In this document: in pieces, positions 58,184 through 64,000 of the stretch
How positions within the stretch are numbered: the first letter of the stretch is position 1
Layout: each line of letters opens with the position of its first letter
Source: Methylococcales bacterium
Lineage (GTDB): Bacteria; Pseudomonadota; Gammaproteobacteria; Methylococcales; UBA1147
Reading direction: 5' to 3'
Length of the DNA: 64,000 bases
Assembly (NCBI GenBank): GCA_041748915.1
Contig: JBGTCG010000275.1
Coordinates: forward strand, 1,551-65,550
Made by a program: the position numbers and the translations under genes
The notes under the pieces: model-generated
The model's database searches: none
What the model saw: the letters and a program-made list of their open reading frames with translations, nothing else
Told to the model about the DNA's origin: nothing

Positions 58184-59369
58184 CGTGCCCGATTCGCGCG
58201 GCCACTTTGGTCCTTATGGAGGAGTATTCGTTGCGGAAACCCTGATCGCCCCGATTCAGGAACTTACCGAGGCGTATCAACGCTATCGCGCGGATCCGGT
58301 ATTCACGGCCGAACTGGATGCCGACCTTAAGCATTATGTCGGCCGTCCGTCTCCGGTTTATCATTGCGAGCGTTGGAGCCGGGAAATCGGCGGCGCGCAA
58401 ATTTTTCTCAAGCGCGAAGATTTGAATCATACCGGAGCCCACAAAATCAATAATACCGTCGGTCAGGCGTTGCTTGCGAAAAGAATGGGCAAACAACGGA
58501 TTATCGCCGAAACCGGGGCCGGACAACACGGCGTCGCAACTGCGACCGTGGCTGCGCGGATGGGGCTGGAATGCGTCGTGTACATGGGCGCGGAGGATAT
58601 CCAGCGCCAGTCGCCGAATGTATTTCGCATGAAACTCCTGGGCGCGACCGTAGTTCCGGTCCATGCCGGTTCGAAAACATTGAAGGATGCGCTGAACGAA
58701 GCCCTGCGGGACTGGGTGACCAACGTCGACAACACCTTTTACATCATCGGCACCGTAGCCGGACCTCATCCGTATCCGGCCATGGTGCGTGATTTCCAGA
58801 CTATAATCGGCCGGGAAGCGCGCCAGCAGATGATGGAAATGACCGGCCGGCTGCCTGACGCACTGATCGCTTGCGTGGGCGGCGGATCGAACGCGATCGG
58901 CTTGTTCCACCCTTTCCTGAAAGATTCTTCGGTCCGGTTGTTCGGGGTTGAAGCGGCCGGAGACGGGATCGAAACGGGTCGCCATTCGGCGCCTCTTTGC
59001 GCGGGCCGGCCCGGGGTGCTGCATGGCAACCGGACGTATTTGATGGAAGACGAGGATGGTGAAATCATCGAAACCCATTCGATTTCGGCCGGGTTGGATT
59101 ATCCCGGCGTCGGGCCCGAGCATGCCTGGTTGAAGGATATCGGCCGGGCGACCTATGTCAGTATTACCGATCGGGAGGCGCTGGAAGGTTTCCATGCGTT
59201 AACGCGGTCGGAAGGCATCATTCCGGCGCTCGAGTCCAGTCATGCCTTGGCTTATGCGATGAAACTGGCTCCCCGGATGAGCCGCGACCAGTCCTTACTG
59301 GTCAACCTGTCCGGCCGCGGGGATAAAGATATGCCTACGGTGGCGCGAATCGAGGGTATTTCATTATGA
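58158..59369 (+). CDS. trpB: Tryptophan synthase beta chain
   Basis: GHFGPYGG, the [14 protein letters not shown]-lysine motif and GGGSNAIG. The start was chosen at ATG 58158. Confidence 0.95.
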   Translation: MSTETIIFDVPDSRGHFGPYGGVFVAETLIAPIQELTEAYQRYRADPVFTAELDADLKHYVGRPSPVYHCERWSREIGGAQIFLKREDLNHTGAHKINNTVGQALLAKRMGKQRIIAETGAGQHGVATATVAARMGLECVVYMGAEDIQRQSPNVFRMKLLGATVVPVHAGSKTLKDALNEALRDWVTNVDNTFYIIGTVAGPHPYPAMVRDFQTIIGREARQQMMEMTGRLPDALIACVGGGSNAIGLFHPFLKDSSVRLFGVEAAGDGIETGRHSAPLCAGRPGVLHGNRTYLMEDEDGEIIETHSISAGLDYPGVGPEHAWLKDIGRATYVSITDREALEGFHALTRSEGIIPALESSHALAYAMKLAPRMSRDQSLLVNLSGRGDKDMPTVARIEGISL

Positions 59370-60172
59370 ATCGAATCGACCGTAAATTCTCAGGACTCGT
59401 GAAATCCGGTCGAAAGGCGTTGATCCCGTTTATTACGGCCGGTGACCCAGTTCCTGAATTTACCGTCAATGCGATGCACGGTCTCGTAGCGGCTGGAGCG
59501 GACCTGATCGAGCTCGGGGTGCCGTTTTCCGATCCGATGGCGGATGGACCTGTCATTCAACGAGCCAGCGAACGCGCGTTGGCAAACAAGGTCAATTTAA
59601 AACAGGTGATCGAATTTGTTCGGCAGTTCCGGGTAAAGGATCAGGAGACGCCCGTCATTTTGATGGGATACTTGAATCCCGTGGAATGCATGGGATACCG
59701 TCATTTCGTGGAAGCCTCCCAATCCGCGGGCGTTGACGGCGCACTGACGGTGGACATGCCGCTTGAAGAAGCCCAGGAACTGGCCGGTTTATTAAGGGAA
59801 GCCGAGATCGCACCAATCTTTCTGCTGGCGCCGAATACTTCGAGCGAGCGAATTAAAAAGCTTGATGAGATCGGTCGCGGATTTTTGTATTATGTTTCAT
59901 TGAAAGGAGTAACCGGCGCGTCACATCTGGACCTGTCTGACGTGGGTAAGAAAATTCGGCAGATCCGCGCCAACACCCGCTTGCCGATCGGCGTCGGTTT
60001 TGGGATCAAGGATGCCCATACAGCGGCATCCATCGCGCAGCTGGCGGATGCGGTGGTGGTTGGCAGCGCGATAATCAGCCGCATCGAATCCGCACTGGAT
60101 CAGCCGAAAGCAGAGATTCAACGGCAAATTACTGAGCTTACACAATCGATGCGGGCCGCATTGGACAAATGA
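59366..60172 (+). CDS. trpA: Tryptophan synthase alpha chain
   Basis: [17 protein letters not shown] and [10 protein letters not shown] motifs. ATGA overlap with trpB. Confidence 0.95.
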   Translation: MNRIDRKFSGLVKSGRKALIPFITAGDPVPEFTVNAMHGLVAAGADLIELGVPFSDPMADGPVIQRASERALANKVNLKQVIEFVRQFRVKDQETPVILMGYLNPVECMGYRHFVEASQSAGVDGALTVDMPLEEAQELAGLLREAEIAPIFLLAPNTSSERIKKLDEIGRGFLYYVSLKGVTGASHLDLSDVGKKIRQIRANTRLPIGVGFGIKDAHTAASIAQLADAVVVGSAIISRIESALDQPKAEIQRQITELTQSMRAALDK

Positions 60173-60182
60173 CTAAAAGCCT

Positions 60183-61094
60183 ATGAGTTGGTTTCAAAAA
60201 CTGGTTCCTTCAAAAATCCGGACCAACGGCGCCAGTAAGGGCGCGGTTCCCGAGGGTCTGTGGAACAAATGCAGTGCCTGTGATGCGATTTTGTACAAGG
60301 CCGAGCTTGAGCGGAATTTCGAGGTGTGTCCAAAGTGCGGGCATCATATGCGGATCAGCGGACGCAAGCGGTTACACCTGTTTCTCGATACTGAAAACCG
60401 CCAGGAGATCGGTGAGGATATGAAGCCCAAGGATCCGCTCAGATTCAAGGACACCAAGAAATATAAGGACCGCATCGTTCAGGCGCAGAAACAAACCAAC
60501 GAGAAGGATGCCATGATTGTAATTGAAGGCAGCCTAAAACGGCGTCCGATTGTCGCTGCGGCATTTAATTTCGAATTTATGGGCGGTTCAATGGGATCGG
60601 TTGTTGGCGAGAAATTTGTGCGTGGAGCGACCATGAGTTTGCAACGCGGCATTCCTTATATCGTCTTTACAGCAAGTGGCGGGGCGCGGATGCAGGAATC
60701 GCTGATCTCCCTGTTTCAAATGGCGAAGACCAGCGCGGTTCTGGCCCGATTATCGGATGCGGGTATTCCGTTCCTTCCAGTAATGACCGACCCAACCATG
60801 GGTGGCGTCTCCGCCAGCCTGGCGATGCTCGGGGATATTAACATCGCCGAACCAAATGCGCTAATTGGTTTCGCCGGCCCGCGGGTTATCGAACAAACCG
60901 TTCGGGAAAAATTACCCGACGGTTTCCAGCGCAGCGAATTTCTTCAGGAACACGGCACAATTGACATGATTATCGATCGGCGGGAAATGCGTGACCGAAT
61001 CCATGAATTGATCGGTATTTTATTACCTGTGGCGAATTCGGCTGACACCGCACCAGTTACTGCCGATTTAAGTCCGATGGAAGTCGGCAGCTGA
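60183..61094 (+). CDS. accD: Acetyl-CoA carboxylase carboxyltransferase beta subunit
   Basis: N-terminal zinc ribbon CSACDAILY...CPKCGHH and a carboxyltransferase domain ([19 protein letters not shown]). Confidence 0.95.
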   Translation: MSWFQKLVPSKIRTNGASKGAVPEGLWNKCSACDAILYKAELERNFEVCPKCGHHMRISGRKRLHLFLDTENRQEIGEDMKPKDPLRFKDTKKYKDRIVQAQKQTNEKDAMIVIEGSLKRRPIVAAAFNFEFMGGSMGSVVGEKFVRGATMSLQRGIPYIVFTASGGARMQESLISLFQMAKTSAVLARLSDAGIPFLPVMTDPTMGGVSASLAMLGDINIAEPNALIGFAGPRVIEQTVREKLPDGFQRSEFLQEHGTIDMIIDRREMRDRIHELIGILLPVANSADTAPVTADLSPMEVGS

Positions 61095-61180
61095 TTCCTC
61101 GCAAATTATTTTGCAGTTGGATATTGTTTATCGCCACGTGCGCCATTGTAAATTTCCGGTTGATTCTGTGATGCTTTCTG

Positions 61181-62485
61181 ATGCGATTTGAAACATTGAG
61201 CAAATGGCTGGCATGGCAGGAATCATTCCACCCGCGCTCGATCGATTTGGGGTTGTCGCGAGTCCGGTCGGTCTACCTCGGCCTGGATTCCGCGTCCAGT
61301 AAGCCACTGACCATTACCGTTGCAGGAACCAACGGTAAGGGATCCTGCATCGCTTTTTTGTCGGCGATTCTACGGGCTGAGGGCTATCATGTAGGAGCCT
61401 ATACTTCGCCGCATTTATTACGTTATAACGAACGAATCCAAATTGATGGCGAACCGGTTGGCGATGCTGCGATTTGTGATGCATTTGAACGGATCGATCG
61501 GGCGCGTGGCGCGACATCCCTGACCTATTTCGAGTTCGGAACCCTTGCGGCACTTGACCTATTCGTACGTTCCGACGTCGATGTTCAACTGTTGGAGGTG
61601 GGTTTGGGGGGTCGTCTGGACGCGGTGAATATTATCGATGCGGATTCAATGCTGGTGACGTGTATCGAGATTGACCACGTTGACTGGCTGGGAGAGTCCA
61701 GGGAAGCGATCGGCCTCGAAAAAGCCGGAGTTTTTCGTCCCGGTGTAGGCGCAGTGGTTGGGGAAATCAATCCGCCAGACTCGATTCTGCGCTATACGGA
61801 AAAGCACAATATTCCGTTGTACCGATTCGGCCGGGACTTTTATTATCGATTGAATGGTTCTGACTGGAACTGGGTTTCCGGAGATATCACGTTAAACGAA
61901 TTGCCGTTTCCCGCGTTACCTGGCGACCATCAATTTCAAAATGCTGCTTCGGTATTACAAATTCTTAAATTAGTCCGAGAGCGTTGTCCGGTATCACGAC
62001 AGGCGGTTTGTACGGGCTTGAAATCGGTATCTCTTCCCGGTCGTTTTCAATTCATACCCGGCGCACCGTCAGTATTGCTCGATGTCGCGCATAATCCACA
62101 AGCGGCGGGCACTCTGGCCAGATTTATTCAAAAAAATTTTGATCAGCGACGCATAATTGCTGTGTTTTCGATCATGGGGGACAAGGATATCCGCGGAGTC
62201 GTTGAAAATCTTAAACCCAGGGTATCGCATTGGTTATTCGCACCATTGTCGACGCCTCGCTGCGCGTCCGAACAGGAGATCGTGGAAATTTTTTCGGTCA
62301 GTTGCATCGAGAATATAACGACTGGATTTTCCTGTCCCGAAGAGGCATTTAATGGAGCCGCGCGGATAACCAGCGGCAACGACCTGGTCGTGGTATTCGG
62401 TTCATTTTTTCTGGTTGCCGAATTCTTAAAAAATGAGAATCGTTTCCGGCGCCCCGAATTGGTTTCGGCGGCTTTGCAAACGTAA
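61181..62485 (+). CDS. folC: Bifunctional folylpolyglutamate synthase / dihydrofolate synthase
   Basis: P-loop VAGTNGKGS with a Mur-ligase-like layout. Position after accD as in enterobacteria and pseudomonads. Confidence 0.9.
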   Translation: MRFETLSKWLAWQESFHPRSIDLGLSRVRSVYLGLDSASSKPLTITVAGTNGKGSCIAFLSAILRAEGYHVGAYTSPHLLRYNERIQIDGEPVGDAAICDAFERIDRARGATSLTYFEFGTLAALDLFVRSDVDVQLLEVGLGGRLDAVNIIDADSMLVTCIEIDHVDWLGESREAIGLEKAGVFRPGVGAVVGEINPPDSILRYTEKHNIPLYRFGRDFYYRLNGSDWNWVSGDITLNELPFPALPGDHQFQNAASVLQILKLVRERCPVSRQAVCTGLKSVSLPGRFQFIPGAPSVLLDVAHNPQAAGTLARFIQKNFDQRRIIAVFSIMGDKDIRGVVENLKPRVSHWLFAPLSTPRCASEQEIVEIFSVSCIENITTGFSCPEEAFNGAARITSGNDLVVVFGSFFLVAEFLKNENRFRRPELVSAALQT

Positions 62486-62521
62486 TCGATTTCATTTGCG
62501 GTTCAGCCCGTTGAACAAATA

Positions 62522-63034
62522 ATGGATCCGGTCTTGAAACAGCGTTTGGTCGGCGCGACGGTTCTATCCGCATTAGCCGTGATCCTGGTTCCGATGTTGT
62601 TTGACGGTTCCGGAAATAGGCTGGATGCCCAGGACTTTGAAATTCCGGTTGTCCCTCCCAGCATCGAACAGAGTCAGCCGGAAACGCCTGAACAGCCGGT
62701 GAATGTTGAGTCCGTATTGCCGCGGGCATCTCCCCCTGCGCCTGCCCAAAATTTATCGACCGAGGCGACGAAACCCCACCAGGAAAGTCAAAAAACGCTG
62801 ACAGCCTGGGTTATCCAGGTCGGGAGCTTCAACAAGGTAGGAAATGCGGATCAACTGCGGGATCAGTTACGGAAAGCAGGATTTCCCGCTTATGTGGAGG
62901 CTGGAAAGAAGAACGGCGCGCCACTGTTTCGGGTTCGGGTCGGTCCAGAACTCGATCCGCAACGAGCGCGGACGCAGCGCGAAAAAATTGCAAGGAAATT
63001 TAAGCTCAATGCCATTGTACTACCGAACGAGTGA
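62522..63034 (+). CDS. SPOR-domain cell-division protein (DedD-like)
   Basis: N-terminal TM segment (LVGATVLSALAVILVPMLF), a Pro-rich linker and a C-terminal SPOR domain (WVIQVGSFNKVGNADQLRDQLRKAGFPAY...FRVRVGP). Confidence 0.7.
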   Translation: MDPVLKQRLVGATVLSALAVILVPMLFDGSGNRLDAQDFEIPVVPPSIEQSQPETPEQPVNVESVLPRASPPAPAQNLSTEATKPHQESQKTLTAWVIQVGSFNKVGNADQLRDQLRKAGFPAYVEAGKKNGAPLFRVRVGPELDPQRARTQREKIARKFKLNAIVLPNE

Positions 63035-63414
63035 CCGATCTCGTTAGGTTATTCGGAGACATGGCAGTAGTAGTGTATGGGGGGCTAATTTGGTAGAATC
63101 TGATCTACATTTCTACCGAAAGTCGTTGCAGGCCGAAAATTAAGTAGTGAATAGAAATGCCTTAATCCGATGTTATTTTTCGTGAGATGTTCTAAGTGGA
63201 TTGGCCGAGGTCTGCGGCGGAACGAAAATAAAATCTAAATTGCGGTTTACGAACGGCATGAGTGTTCCGAAATACGATGCGGGGAAGGGGGTGTGAGTGT
63301 GCATCTTTGGGTAAGTACGCTCAATGGCCGAATTTAATATCAGAAAGCGACTAAAATGGACTGCTGTAGACAGTTAGGTCGAGCGGCCGTTGAAGAGGAT
63401 AAAGGTAATTTCAG

Positions 63415-63907
63415 TTGGATTGGATTGATTACGGATTTATTGGTTCAATCGGTAGGTTTGCAGTCATTGGGCTGATTCGGGGATTAGCCGCAGAAGCAGT
63501 TTCGCTGATCGTTTGGATTATCGCATTCTCCGTGGCTCCGAGCTTCAGGCAGGATTTGTCAATCTATATCGGAGCGATGTTTTCGCATGCATCGGTCAGG
63601 ATTGCGGCGTCGTTCGTGGCGTTTTTCCTGCTGGCGCTGACTGTGGGACATTGGCTCGGACTGGTCCTACGGCAACTGGTTCGTTCGAGTGGTCTGAGGG
63701 GATCCGATCGTCTCGCGGGTCTTCTATTTGGAATGGGCCGGGGTGTTTGGTCTGCTGGTTGCAATAATCGTGATCCTAGCTGGTCTAACTCCGTTGCTAG
63801 GGGAGTCTTCATGGCGTGAATCGAATCTGATTTCTGTGTTCCGGTCGGTTGCTATATGGACAAAAAAGCAGAGTTCGTTCGGAATCGCTTCAAAAACAGA
63901 TTATTGA
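63415..63907 (+). pseudogene. cvpA: Colicin V production protein CvpA, frame broken in a G-run at 63740-63743
   Basis: Frame 1 reads ...RLAGLLFGMGRGVWSAGCNNRD.. and stops at 63819. The +1 frame from 63743 continues VFGLLVAIIVILAGLTPLLGESSWRESNLISVFRSVAIW to TGA 63905-63907, the expected CvpA C-terminus. Confidence 0.75.
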
Positions 63908-64000
63908 TATTGATTCGTCGGTGGTCGCCCAGTCCGGGACCGGCCGACCAAAGAACGGGTTTAGCGATCAAATTCTGACGCCGGGAAACGCGGCCCCATA

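Noticed and set aside
58125-59195. A 356-aa ORF antisense to trpB. Similar long antisense or alternative-frame ORFs occur elsewhere: 8962-9864 opposite baeR, 5655-6509 inside the ligase gene, 35415-36212 inside the dehydrogenase gene, 38826-39410 inside prsK, and 23323-23868 inside rho.
   Set aside because: Each lies entirely within a gene that has strong, full-length family signatures. Their translations are Arg/Gly/Pro-rich low-complexity strings with no recognisable motifs. They are typical shadow ORFs of moderately GC-rich DNA.
1-64000. A scan for CRISPR arrays, rRNA genes, further tRNAs, tmRNA/RNase P-like structures, riboswitch-like leaders (Moco upstream of mobB-moeA, others upstream of the trp and pst genes), retron/DGR reverse transcriptases and toxin-antitoxin pairs.
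   Set aside because: I noticed no regularly spaced direct repeats, no reverse-transcriptase or Cas-like ORFs, no second cloverleaf and no recognisable riboswitch cores. This visual scan cannot exclude small structured RNAs.

Overview
This window looks like a gammaproteobacterial-type chromosome segment of roughly 50-55% GC by eye; the exact taxon cannot be determined from it. Most of it is conserved housekeeping synteny. The blocks are lptF-lptG; hemL; rmuC; rho-trxA / rhlB-nudE; galE; mobB-moeA; nucleotide-sugar genes followed by a PEP-CTERM-type EPS sugar transferase and the PrsK/PrsR regulators; long-form pstC-pstA-pstB-phoU; bamA-skp-fabZ-lpxA-rnhB-dnaE; and truA-trpF-trpB-trpA-accD-folC-dedD-cvpA.

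The accessory or unusual content is as follows.
(1) At the left edge, a tyrosine integrase abuts the 3' end of a tRNA-Arg(CCU). The integrase is missing from the supplied ORF track because it runs off the window. This is a genomic-island boundary, with the island lying outside the window.
(2) A flexible stretch at 1.3-7.6 kb holds a DUF1835 protein, a CPBP protease, a frameshifted SleB hydrolase, a cNMP-binding/AlbA_2 (Schlafen-like) fusion protein, a PaaK/CapK-like ligase, and a gene relic.
(3) baeS-baeR plus a Spy/CpxP-like gene sit next to an unusual membrane-anchored two-domain-type multicopper oxidase.
(4) The best candidate system is a translationally coupled four-gene cassette at 16.7-20.3 kb: a vWA protein, a PP2C phosphatase, a Hanks-type Ser/Thr kinase and a small Cys4 zinc-ribbon protein. 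It is inserted between lptFG and hemL and resembles the predicted but experimentally uncharacterised TerY-P triad.
(5) A dispersed two-module intergenic repeat family has at least 10 copies or fragments, mostly at gene 3' ends.
(6) There is an IS630-family transposase relic.

Four genes (sleB-like, vWA, rmuC, cvpA) are each interrupted by a frameshift that needs the same +1 correction. Two of them are core housekeeping genes, so assembly indels are a serious alternative to real pseudogenisation. I saw no rRNA, no CRISPR array and no intact IS element. All domain calls rest on motif recognition by eye, not on database searches.
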